The notes beneath the pieces are model-generated. The model was given only the letters and a program-made list of their open reading frames with translations. It searched no databases and was not told the origin of the DNA. A stretch of 64,000 nucleotides of DNA. It comes from an uncultured Acidimicrobiaceae bacterium. Its GTDB lineage: Bacteria > Actinomycetota > Acidimicrobiia > Acidimicrobiales > RAAP-2. A program made the translations under genes and the position numbers. The number at the start of each line of letters is the position of its first letter. Positions within the stretch are counted from its first letter, which is position 1. This document shows positions 31,589 to 39,875 of this stretch, piece by piece. Where the stretch lies: contig CAWBQX010000006.1 in the NCBI GenBank assembly GCA_963791015.1, positions 135,465-199,464 of the forward strand, read 5' to 3'.

Positions 31589-32227
31589 GTGTCCGTCGCG
31601 GCCGTCGTAGTGGCCGCGGGTCGCGGCACCCGCTTCGGCGGCGAGAAGCAGTTTCTCTTCGTTGACGGTGACACCGTGGCCGCGCGCAGCGTGAGTCGCG
31701 CTCGATCGGTCGCCGACCTCGTCGTTCTCGTCGTTCCCGAGGGGTACAGCGGCACCGGCGAAGGGGCGGACCTCGTCGTCACGGGCGGCGATTCCCGGGC
31801 CGCCTCGGTTCGCAACGGACTGGCTCACTGCGGTGACGCCGACGTCGTGATCGTTCACGACGCGGCGCGGCCCAACGCCTCGGTCGAACTCTTCCGCGCG
31901 ATCGTTCGTGCCATCGAAGAGGGCGCGGACGCAGTCATTCCTGGCGTGGCCGTGGCCGACACCATCAAACGGGTATCACTCGACGGAGACAGGACGGTCG
32001 TCGCCGAGACCTTGAATCGCGACGAACTCGTCGCCGTCCAGACCCCCCAAGGCTTCCGTCGCGAGGTCTTGGAACGAGCGCACGCCGCCAGTGACGTCGC
32101 GACCGACGACGCCGGGCTCGTCGAGGCCATCGGCGGACTCGTGGTGGTCATCCCGGGCGAGGCGACGAATCTCAAAATCACGCATCCGAGTGATGTCGAT
32201 CGCCTGAGCGCGGGGAGTCACTCGTGA
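31589..32227 (+). CDS. ispD: 2-C-methyl-D-erythritol 4-phosphate cytidylyltransferase
   Basis: VVVAAGRGTRFG, VHDAARP, QTPQGF motifs. Confidence 0.85.
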   Translation: MSVAAVVVAAGRGTRFGGEKQFLFVDGDTVAARSVSRARSVADLVVLVVPEGYSGTGEGADLVVTGGDSRAASVRNGLAHCGDADVVIVHDAARPNASVELFRAIVRAIEEGADAVIPGVAVADTIKRVSLDGDRTVVAETLNRDELVAVQTPQGFRREVLERAHAASDVATDDAGLVEAIGGLVVVIPGEATNLKITHPSDVDRLSAGSHS

Positions 32228-32697
32228 GAATCGGCCAAGGCATCGACGTTCATCGATTTAGTGATGACCCCGAGCGCGAACTCTGGCTGGGACTCGTGCT
32301 CGTGCCGGAAGGCCCCGGCCTTGTCGGACACTCCGACGCCGACGCGGCGACCCACGCTCTCTGTGACGCGCTGCTGGGCGCCGCCAACCTCGGCGACCTC
32401 GGACGTCATTTTCCCGACAGCGACCCCGCATACCGTGGCGTGTCGTCGCGCTGGTTGCTCGAAGCCACGGTTGCTCTCGTGCGCGCCGAAGGCCTGCAAG
32501 TCGAGTCGGCCGACGTCACGATTGTCGCCGAGCGGCCGAAGATTGCTGCCTACATGCCCAGCATGTCCGCCGAGCTCTCCAAGGTGACCGGCACGACAGT
32601 GTCCGTCAAGGCGACGACCTGTGAGGGATTGGGTGCGATCGGCCGCGGTGAGGGAGTCCTCGCCAGCGCCATCGTCCTGTTGAGCAGCGACTCGTGA
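32224..32697 (+). CDS. ispF: 2-C-methyl-D-erythritol 2,4-cyclodiphosphate synthase
   Basis: MRIGQGIDVHRF, GHSDADA..HA..DALLGA, FPDSDP motifs. Confidence 0.9.
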   Translation: MRIGQGIDVHRFSDDPERELWLGLVLVPEGPGLVGHSDADAATHALCDALLGAANLGDLGRHFPDSDPAYRGVSSRWLLEATVALVRAEGLQVESADVTIVAERPKIAAYMPSMSAELSKVTGTTVSVKATTCEGLGAIGRGEGVLASAIVLLSSDS

Positions 32698-33542
32698 GTC
32701 CGCGTCCCTCGTCGCCTCGGGGACCTAAACGTCCCAACCGTCCCAATGATCGCAACGTCGGACCGAGCGGCGGGCGTCGCGTCAAGCCGCGCGACCGTGA
32801 CGGGGTAGGAGGCGATCAGGTGGAGGGTCGCCACGCGGTCCTCGAGCTACTGCGGGCCAAGCGACGAGCGGTTCGCAAGATCTTCATCGCGGAGGCGCAA
32901 GACGACTCTGACATCCTCGACGCCATCGAATTCGAAGCTCAACGCCAGCGCATTCCGGTGAGTCTCATCTCCATGACCCGGCTGGATCGCGAGGCGAAGA
33001 CCGAAGGTCATCAGGGAGTCATGGCCATCGCGCAGGACCTCGACACTGTTGGCCTCGATGACCTCATTCGGGCGCCGAAGCCCTTTCTTCTGGTCTGCGA
33101 CGGCGTCACCGATCCCCGGAACCTCGGCGCCATGCTGCGCAGCGCAGACGGCGCGGGCGTGACCGGCGTCGTGCTGCCGCGCCACCGCTCGGCGCGCATC
33201 TCGCCCTCGGTCACCAAGACCGCGGCCGGCGCCATTGAATATTTGACTTTCTGCGACGTGGGCGGCATTCCCACGGCCATCGACCAACTGAACCGGGCGG
33301 GCGTGGTGACGGTCGGTCTCGCGGGCGAATCAAAAGACTCTCTCTATGACTTGGACCTCGGAAGTGGACCAGTAGCCATCGTGGTCGGAGGGGAAGAAAA
33401 GGGACTTTCTGCGCTCACTCGCAAGCGATGCGCGACCGTTGTGTCGATACCACAAGTAGGAAGCATCAACTCATTGAACGCCGGCGTCGCGGTCTCTGTC
33501 GCGGCGTTTGAAGTTGCACGTCAACGTCGCGCGTCGAAGTAA
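32694..33542 (+). CDS. rlmB: TrmH/SpoU-family 23S rRNA 2'-O-methyltransferase (RlmB-like)
   Basis: Basic N-terminal tail, SpoU substrate-binding region, DGVTDPRNLGA and SLNAGVA motifs. Confidence 0.8.
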   Translation: MSPRPSSPRGPKRPNRPNDRNVGPSGGRRVKPRDRDGVGGDQVEGRHAVLELLRAKRRAVRKIFIAEAQDDSDILDAIEFEAQRQRIPVSLISMTRLDREAKTEGHQGVMAIAQDLDTVGLDDLIRAPKPFLLVCDGVTDPRNLGAMLRSADGAGVTGVVLPRHRSARISPSVTKTAAGAIEYLTFCDVGGIPTAIDQLNRAGVVTVGLAGESKDSLYDLDLGSGPVAIVVGGEEKGLSALTRKRCATVVSIPQVGSINSLNAGVAVSVAAFEVARQRRASK

Positions 33543-33721
33543 TTTTTTGACATTTTGTGGAGTGACAACTTCTCCCCGACTCGCCTAAAAATCTGACTCA
33601 ATCGCGAGGTTGACTAGGTAGAACAGTGAGGCAAATTACCAAGGTTTGTCGTCGTCAACTACGAAATCGGTACAAGGTCGTAGTCGAGATCGTCGAACAT
33701 TTTTGATACTGGAGAGACAGA

Positions 33722-35594
33722 GTGACGTCGAAGCGAAGCGTTGAAGGACGGCCCAATTACCTTTCGATCGCGCTACTTGTTTTATTCGTTGTTATGGGTG
33801 GCTCGCTCTATTCGACGTCGGCGTTCGCGCAGAGTGCCTTTCATACAGTCACGTTCGCGGAGAATGACAGCGTTTCTGATCCGGTGTACACAACGCAGAC
33901 CGCGAACGCGGCAACGGACTTGACCGCATTCGCTGACTTAAGCCCAAGCTTCTCCAACCCTGGAATGGTTTTCGACTACTGGAATACCGAAGCGAACGGT
34001 TCCGGAACCAGTTATAGCGACCGGCAACTTTATGATTTCGCCGCGCCTCTCACGCTCTTCGCCATCTGGGGCGGGCCCGAAGTGACGGTGACATTCGCAG
34101 AGAACGACAATGTCAGTGACCCAAAAGTGGCTACTCAGACGGAAAATGTCTCCAAGATTGCTGACCCAGTTCGCATACCTGAGTCCAAGTTTCTCCGATA
34201 CTGGCTACACGTTCGCCGGTTGGAACACTCAGGCCAACGGCAGTGGCGCCTCCTATGCGGACGGGGCCACATACGACTTCTCGAGTCCACTAGTCCTCTA
34301 TGCGCAATGGACAGCAGTACCAAGTGACCACACCGTCACGTTTGCGGAAAATGACAGCGGAACTGACGCCACCATGTCCACGCAAACCGAAAGCTCGCCA
34401 ACCGCTCTTACCTCGTTTGCGAATATAAGTCCGGCGTTTTCCAACACTGGCTACATGTTCGATGACTGGAACACAGCGGCAAACGGGAGTGGCATCTCCT
34501 ACGCAAACGATGCCACTTACGGCTTCTCGGCACCAGTCGTTCTTTACGCGCAGTGGACTGCGAACGCGAGCGTCACTGCAGCGTTCTCGAACAACGGGGG
34601 TTCTGGATCCGTTTCATCTCTCCAGGACCCTTCTGGAACCACGATCTCTCTCCCTCCTCCTGGCGATCTGAGTCGCATCGACTTCACACTGACCGGTTGG
34701 AATACCTTGGCCAACGGAAATGGAACCGAGTACGCGCCGAGCGCGACTGTGGTGCTGACTTCGAATGAAACCTTTTACGCCCAATGGACTGAGACATCTC
34801 CGATCGAAATCGAATTCTTAACCAACGGCGGTTCGGGAACTGACGCCCCGATCAGCGGCGAATTCGGTTCGACTGAGACCTTGCCCGGCGTTGCTGGGCT
34901 CACGTATAACGGCTACACGCTCACGTCGTGGAATACGTTGGCCAATGGCACGGGAACGTCGTACCCGCTCGATGCGGTCATCTCGTTGTCCACTCCGCTG
35001 ACCCTCTACGCGCAATGGACGACGGCGACCGGATCAATCATGATCTCGCTATCAGCAAACGGTGGCAGCGGATCGTTGAGCGCTCTGTCGGGTGCTTCGG
35101 GTTCAACTGTCACTTTGCCCGGCTCGACGAGCGTGGTGCGCGCGGGTTACACGCTGACGTCGTGGAATTCGGCCGCCAACGGATCAGGTACTTCGTATTC
35201 GCCGGGTCAAACCTTCACCCTCACGTCAACCTTTACCCTTTATGCGCAGTGGAAGAAGGTAGCCACGTCGCAGTTGTACGGCGCCGTGGGCACTTTTAGC
35301 GCCCGCACCGTCGCTCTCACGACCGGCATCGAGAGGGAGATCCGAACTCTCGCGACAGCCGTCAAGACCAGGGGATACACCAAGGTTTCGCTTTTTGGCT
35401 ATAGCGCGGCCACGGGTAATCAGTCCTTGAATAAATCGCTCAGCACGTTGCGCGCTGAACGGGTGGCCACGTATTTGCGAAGTGAGCTGCACGCTCTCAA
35501 ACTCTCCGGCGTCACGATCGCGGTGTCGGGCGAAGGATCGGTCAACGACAGCACGAAATCGGCGTATTCGCGCGTGGAAGTCTTCGTCAGCTAG
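33722..35594 (+). pseudogene. secreted repeat protein (Listeria-Bacteroides / Flg_new-type repeats) with C-terminal OmpA-like domain; one +1 frameshift
   Basis: Signal/TM sequence, then about 8-9 units of 70-75 aa ending ..F.GWNT.ANG.GT.Y......L.....LYAQW. C-terminus GYSAATGNQSLNKSLSTLRAERVA..SRVEVFV is OmpA_C-like. Frames of ORFs 33722.. and 34110.. join at about 34145-34149. Confidence 0.7.
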
Positions 35595-35612
35595 ACGTCT
35601 TTTTCACGAGTT

Positions 35613-35629
35613 GGACCTCAGAGCCGGTG
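35613..35629. repeat. left copy of 15-17 bp direct repeat (target-site duplication) GGACCTCAGAGCCGGTG
   Basis: Identical 17-mer recurs at 37031..37047, immediately flanking the IS element. Confidence 0.8.
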
Positions 35630-35686
35630 TAAGACTCCGGGAGAATCTTGACTAAATAGTGTCAGGAGTTGCTTGACACATTTCTG

Positions 35687-36916
35687 TTATTGATTCTGCC
35701 GCTTGCGGTGCGGTTCTGCTCGCTTCTTTCTCACCTCCTTCGTATTGGTCCTCGGAATGGACTTGATGAGCTCGGCGCCGTCCCAGACCTGGAGCAGGGT
35801 CGGTAGCACCCGCACGTCGACCAGGTGGCCGCTGCGCATCTTGCCGACGCTGAACATCTGATTCGCGATCGAGATCACCCCGTTGATCGAGACGGTGCGA
35901 CTCACCCAGTCGTCACCACTGCGATCCTCGTTGAAGGTGTGCAGATCGAGGGGCGGTGTCGGAACCTTCGAGCGGGCGCCGTAGAAGCGCTCGGCGGGGG
36001 TGGCCATCTTCAGACTCTGGTGGGGTCGGCGCAGGTTGTAGTCCTCGATCCACTCGTCGAGCTCGCCTTGGGCCCGTTCCAGGGACGAAAACGTGCGGTC
36101 CATCAGAAACTCGTGGCGCAGGGTGCGGTGGAATCGCTCGATCTTGCCCGTCGTCGTGGGATGGCCCGGTGCCGTCAAGCGATGCACGATGCCATTGTCA
36201 CGACAGATCCGGTCAAAGAGCACTTCACTCGGCGTGAGCCCGAAGCGATTGGTGAAGACCTTGCCATTATCAGTCAGTATCTCTTCGGGCACGCCGTGCT
36301 TTTCGAGTGCGGCCGCAAAGTGCCCGCAGACCTGGCGAGCGATTGCTCGGGTCATGATGCCCGCGCACACAATGAAGCGTGAGTAGTCGTCGATGCCGTC
36401 GATGATCTTGCACTCGGTGCCGTCGTCGAGCAGCAGCCCGCCGACGACGTCCATCTGCCACAGTTCCATAGCTCTTCCTCTTTCCCATCGTTTGTAAGTT
36501 GGTAGCTTTTTGCGCTTCGCGCGCTCTTCAATGAGCCCACTTCGCACCAGTGCGCGATAGATCGCCGACAGCGACGGCAGCGGTTCGAGGTGTTCTCGTT
36601 CCAGCTGGTGGCGGATGTGCATCTGTCCCCAGCTCGGGTGATGACGGCGCAACTCCAGCACGCGGGCTTCGGCTGTGGCCGGCATCTGAGTGGGTGACAC
36701 GCGGGGACGATGTGACTGCTCGGCCAGTGCCTCGAGTCCGCCCTCTTCGTATCGTTTGAGCCAAAGATGGACCGCCTGGCGGCTCACGCCGAACTTTTGG
36801 GCCACTTCGGTGACGCTGAAACCGTCTCTCAAGACGCCTAAGACGGCGTCATAACGTTGTTCCATTTTGCTTGACTCCCACAGCATTGGGGCCACCTCCT
36901 GCTCAGGAAAGAGCAA
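35687..36916 (-). CDS. IS481-family transposase (HTH plus rve integrase core)
   Basis: HTH VTEVAQKFGVSRQAVHLWLKRY; catalytic-core motifs WQMDV, IDDYSR, LTDNGKVF, TTGKIERFHRTL, YNLRRPHQSL. More likely start is ATG 36865 (MEQRYDAV). Confidence 0.85.
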   Translation of the reverse strand: MLFPEQEVAPMLWESSKMEQRYDAVLGVLRDGFSVTEVAQKFGVSRQAVHLWLKRYEEGGLEALAEQSHRPRVSPTQMPATAEARVLELRRHHPSWGQMHIRHQLEREHLEPLPSLSAIYRALVRSGLIEERAKRKKLPTYKRWERGRAMELWQMDVVGGLLLDDGTECKIIDGIDDYSRFIVCAGIMTRAIARQVCGHFAAALEKHGVPEEILTDNGKVFTNRFGLTPSEVLFDRICRDNGIVHRLTAPGHPTTTGKIERFHRTLRHEFLMDRTFSSLERAQGELDEWIEDYNLRRPHQSLKMATPAERFYGARSKVPTPPLDLHTFNEDRSGDDWVSRTVSINGVISIANQMFSVGKMRSGHLVDVRVLPTLLQVWDGAELIKSIPRTNTKEVRKKRAEPHRKRQNQ

Positions 36917-36947
36917 AGGACAGTGGCGGCTTAGGTGTCAAGCAACT

Positions 36948-37030
36948 CCCGAAACTGTGTCAAGGATCAGCCGGAGTTGTGTAAAGCATCACCCGAAACT
37001 GTTTCGACAAGGATCAGTCGGATGTTTACA
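36948..37030. repeat. tandem duplication (2 units of about 44 bp) of the IS right-terminal repeat unit
   Basis: CCCGAAACTGTGTCAAGGATCAGCCGGAGTTGTGTAAAGCATCA followed by CCCGAAACTGTTTCGACAAGGATCAGTCGGATGTTTACA, about 80 percent identical by eye. Confidence 0.7.
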
Positions 37031-37047
37031 GGACCTCAGAGCCGGTG
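37031..37047. repeat. right copy of the direct repeat; overlaps the 3' end of tRNA-Thr(TGT)
   Basis: Same 17-mer as 35613..35629. Positions 37040-37047 are the discriminator plus the last 7 nt of the tRNA acceptor stem (minus strand). Confidence 0.8.
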
Positions 37048-37111
37048 GAGGGATTCGAACCCACGACCTGACGATTACAAATCGCCTGCGCTACCACTGC
37101 GCCACACCGGC
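37040..37111 (-). tRNA. tRNA-Thr (anticodon TGT), no encoded CCA
   Basis: Reverse complement folds: acceptor GCCGGTG/CACCGGC, D stem GCGC/GCGC, anticodon stem GGCGA/TCGTC with loop TTTGTAA, T loop TTCGAAT. The T stem GTGGG/CCCTC has one U-U mismatch. Confidence 0.8.
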
Positions 37112-37155
37112 GTTAGAGCATCCAGGTTAGTGAACAAGTCCCAATCGTCGTAGAG

Positions 37156-37671
37156 TTGGACGCAATGAGCGGCGAAACAACATCTTCACGGGATGGTCAC
37201 GTCTCGGGATCTCACTACCAGCCACCGCTGCCGGTCGTTCTCATCATCGTTTTGCTCTTCGTCGGAGGTACGTTCCTGATGGTGAGGGCCGTGTCGCCTG
37301 CGTCGAGTTCCTCGACCACTACGACGACAACTCTGACCACGACGACGACAACGCCCCCGTCGACGCGCGTCATCAAGTCGCGTGTTCGTGTTCAGGTCGC
37401 GAATGGTACCAACGTGACCGCGCTAGCCGCCACGTACACCCAACGCCTCATGACGCAAGACTGGGACACGTTGCCACCGGCCAACGGACCGTCCGAAGCG
37501 AAGACAGTCATCTACTACCGAGCGGGCCAAGTGGCAGCGGCTCGTGAGATCGCCACTGAAATCGGCGTGAGTCAATCGTCGCTGCGCCCGTTGGGACATC
37601 TCACGTCAGTGGCGGGCGCGCAGGGTGACGACGTGGTCGTCATTCTCGGCAACAACTCCGCGCCGAAGTAA
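37156..37671 (+). CDS. LytR_C (LytR cell-envelope-related C-terminal) domain membrane protein
   Basis: TM helix, Ser/Thr-rich linker, then VRVQVANGTNV.ALAA...L......V......NG......TVIYY......AAREIA..IG...VVVILGNN. Confidence 0.7.
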   Translation: MDAMSGETTSSRDGHVSGSHYQPPLPVVLIIVLLFVGGTFLMVRAVSPASSSSTTTTTTLTTTTTTPPSTRVIKSRVRVQVANGTNVTALAATYTQRLMTQDWDTLPPANGPSEAKTVIYYRAGQVAAAREIATEIGVSQSSLRPLGHLTSVAGAQGDDVVVILGNNSAPK

Positions 37672-37672
37672 C

Positions 37673-38449
37673 TCACTTCGTCGACGGTAAGTCGACCTTG
37701 TAGCGCTCAAGCGCAGCGCGCAACACATCGACCGCCATCGGTCGCAACTCTTCGAGCGGTCGATTCCGATGGCGTCGAATACCGAGGTCGACTTGAGCAA
37801 GTGCGTGTACGCCAAAGAGTCGCGCCGCGTCGATGAGCAGCGCGATCTCCACGCGGTAGTCGGGCTCGAGGTCGATCGTCTCGAGCACCCCGCGGCGCAG
37901 TGCCGTCTCTCCCGCGAGGGGCTGGCGAATCTCGCCCAAACCGGGGAATAACAAGGAAAGTACGGGTCGGGCCGTGAGTTCATTGACCCGTCCGCCGCCC
38001 GTGGGCATGTTGTGAAGCGGACGTTCGTAGAAGCCTTTCACCAGTTGTGTCGCGGGTCGTTCGAGGAGGGGCTGAATGAGTCGCGCGACGTAGTCGGGTG
38101 TTGTGTTGGTGACGTCCGCGTCAAGGAACACGATGAGCTCGGCATCGCTCGCCGCAAATCCTGCGGACATCGCTGCGCCCTTCCCACTTCGTCCCCGCAG
38201 GTGAACAACGCGCGCGCCGTGGTGTTCGGCGACGGTTGCGGTGTCGTCGCTCGAGTGATCGTTGACGACAATGAGTTCGTCGATGAGGTGGTCATGAATC
38301 TGAACGCTGTCGAGCACGGTGCCCACCGTGGTCGCCTCGTCTTTGGCCGGCACGATGACCGCGACGCTCGTGGCGCCCTTGAGCGCGCTGACGCGTTCGA
38401 GGCTGTAGCTGTCTCGTGCGAGAGTCCAAGGGACGTCGGCGCTGGCCAT
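37673..38449 (-). CDS. glucosyl-3-phosphoglycerate synthase-like glycosyltransferase (GT81/GT2)
   Basis: VAVIVPAKDEATTVG, GKGAAM, VFLDADV, GGGRVNELTARP, QPLAGETALRR and EIALLID motifs as in mycobacterial GpgS. Confidence 0.7.
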   Translation of the reverse strand: MASADVPWTLARDSYSLERVSALKGATSVAVIVPAKDEATTVGTVLDSVQIHDHLIDELIVVNDHSSDDTATVAEHHGARVVHLRGRSGKGAAMSAGFAASDAELIVFLDADVTNTTPDYVARLIQPLLERPATQLVKGFYERPLHNMPTGGGRVNELTARPVLSLLFPGLGEIRQPLAGETALRRGVLETIDLEPDYRVEIALLIDAARLFGVHALAQVDLGIRRHRNRPLEELRPMAVDVLRAALERYKVDLPSTK

Positions 38450-38517
38450 GTGTCGAGGCTAAAGTGCCGATCGCTCAATTTGACACGCACGCCTTCTGTG
38501 GTCCAAAATGAATTCGA

Positions 38518-38617
38518 TCATCAAGAGCGACTGAGGGACGGCCCCGTCGACGTCGCGACAACCAGTGTGAGCCCAGGGATTTTCCCTTCACACCAGGTGC
38601 CAAAGGCCGAACGATGA
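38518..38617 (+). promoter_or_regulatory. SAM riboswitch, SAM-I clan (S-box-like core; P4 short or absent, so possibly SAM-IV or I/IV subtype)
   Basis: UCAUC-AAGAG-GCGAC-UGAGGGA-CGGCCC-..GUCGC-GACAACC-[P3 GUGUGA..UCACAC]-AGGUGCCAAAGGCC..-GAUGA. P1 UCAUC/GAUGA and P2 GCGAC/GUCGC pair perfectly; conserved GAGGGA, GGCCC, CAACC, GGUGCCAA blocks; 10 nt upstream of the ATG. Confidence 0.8.
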
Positions 38618-38627
38618 AAGGGAAGTC

Positions 38628-39875
38628 ATGAGTTTCGCTACCGGTCTCATCTGTCGAGAGTGTGGATTTGCCTATCCGACTGAGGCGCGCTACGTGTGCG
38701 ACCTCTGTTTCGGGCCCCTCGAGGTCGCCTACGACCTGGACGCCGCCCGCGGCGCAGTGACTCGAAAATCCATTGAAGCGGGGCCAACTTCCATCTGGCG
38801 CTACGCCGATCTGCTGCCCGATCCCGGTGAGGCACCGGTCGATCTGGGCGCGGGCTGGACGCCCCTGCGACGCGCGACTCGCCTCGGGGAGATTTTGGGC
38901 TTGAAGGAACTGTGGTTGAAGGACGACACGCGCAATCCCACCGGGTCATTCAAGGACCGCGTCGTGTCGGTCGCTCTCTCGACGGCGCGCCGGCTCGGGT
39001 TTACGACCGCGGCGTGCGCCTCTACGGGCAACCTCGCCACCTCGGTGGCCGCCCACGCGGCCGCCATCGGCTGGCCGAGCGTGACGATCATTCCGTCGGA
39101 CCTCGAGAAGTCCAAGATCGCGATGGCAGCCATCTTTGGCGGCACCGTGCTCGGCGTTGAGGGCAACTACGACGACGTGAATCGGCTGTGCGTGGAGCTG
39201 CTCGACGAACACCCCGACTGGGCCTTCGCCAACATCAACCTTCGCCCGTACTACGCCGAAGGTTCCAAGACGCTGGCCTTTGAGATCGCCGAACAACTCG
39301 GATGGACACTGCCCGAGCAGGTCATCGCCCCGCTTGCCTCAGGCAGTCAGTTCACCAAGATCGTCAAAGGTTTTCGCCAGTTCATCGACCTCGAACTCGT
39401 AGAGGGCGATGCGCCCAAGATGTTCGGGGCCCAGGCCACGGGCTGTTCGCCCATCGCGACGGCATTTTCGACCAACGCCGAGTACATCACTCCCCAACGC
39501 CCCTCCACGATTGCCCGTTCGCTCGCGATCGGTAATCCGGCCGACGGGCTCTATGTGCTGGATGAACTTCGTCGTGGTGGTGGGGACTGCGGATCGGTCA
39601 CCGACGAGGAGATCCTCGAGTGCATCGGTCTTCTCGCGCGCACCGAGGGCGTGTTCGCCGAGACCGCGGGCGGCGTGACGATCGCTTCGTTACGCCAGCT
39701 CATCGAGAAGGGTTCCATCGACACCGAGAAATCGGTCGTGGCCGTCATCTCGGGTCACGGCCTCAAGACGCTGGACGCCATCTCGGGTCGAGCAGACGTC
39801 ACAGCGACGATTAGTCCCTCCTTGGCCTCGGCCGAGACTGCGCTCGCCGAGCACTTCTTGGTGGGTGCCTCGTGA
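38628..39875 (+). CDS. threonine-synthase-family PLP enzyme with N-terminal zinc ribbon (MetM-like candidate homocysteine synthase)
   Basis: CRECGF..CDLCFGPLEV zinc ribbon; PLP-lysine region NPTGSFKDR; fold-type II core; preceded by a SAM riboswitch and followed by a GG-terminated sulfur carrier. Confidence 0.75.
   Translation: MSFATGLICRECGFAYPTEARYVCDLCFGPLEVAYDLDAARGAVTRKSIEAGPTSIWRYADLLPDPGEAPVDLGAGWTPLRRATRLGEILGLKELWLKDDTRNPTGSFKDRVVSVALSTARRLGFTTAACASTGNLATSVAAHAAAIGWPSVTIIPSDLEKSKIAMAAIFGGTVLGVEGNYDDVNRLCVELLDEHPDWAFANINLRPYYAEGSKTLAFEIAEQLGWTLPEQVIAPLASGSQFTKIVKGFRQFIDLELVEGDAPKMFGAQATGCSPIATAFSTNAEYITPQRPSTIARSLAIGNPADGLYVLDELRRGGGDCGSVTDEEILECIGLLARTEGVFAETAGGVTIASLRQLIEKGSIDTEKSVVAVISGHGLKTLDAISGRADVTATISPSLASAETALAEHFLVGAS

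Larger units (their letters stand above)
35628..37030 (-). mobile_element. IS481-family insertion sequence (about 1.4 kb)
   Basis: Single DDE (rve) transposase ORF; termini TGTAAG.. / ..TTTACA. The left about 52 bp matches the reverse complement of 36934-36985 (shared GGAGTTGCTTGACAC core). Flanked by the 15-17 bp direct repeat. Confidence 0.75.

Noticed and set aside
33722-35594. Periodic DNA repeats considered as a possible CRISPR-like or tandem-repeat array
   Set aside because: The periodicity is about 210-225 nt, in frame, and corresponds to protein repeat units (..WNT.ANG.G..Y....LYAQW). There is no short direct repeat/spacer structure and no cas genes.
37303-37365. Poly-Ser/Thr tract in the LytR_C protein, with a similar poly-Thr tract at 63485-63532 in the DUF3048 protein, considered as hypervariable or slippage repeats
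   Set aside because: They are typical low-complexity linkers after membrane anchors in actinobacterial envelope proteins. The codons are mixed (ACG/ACC/ACA/ACT), not a pure nucleotide repeat.
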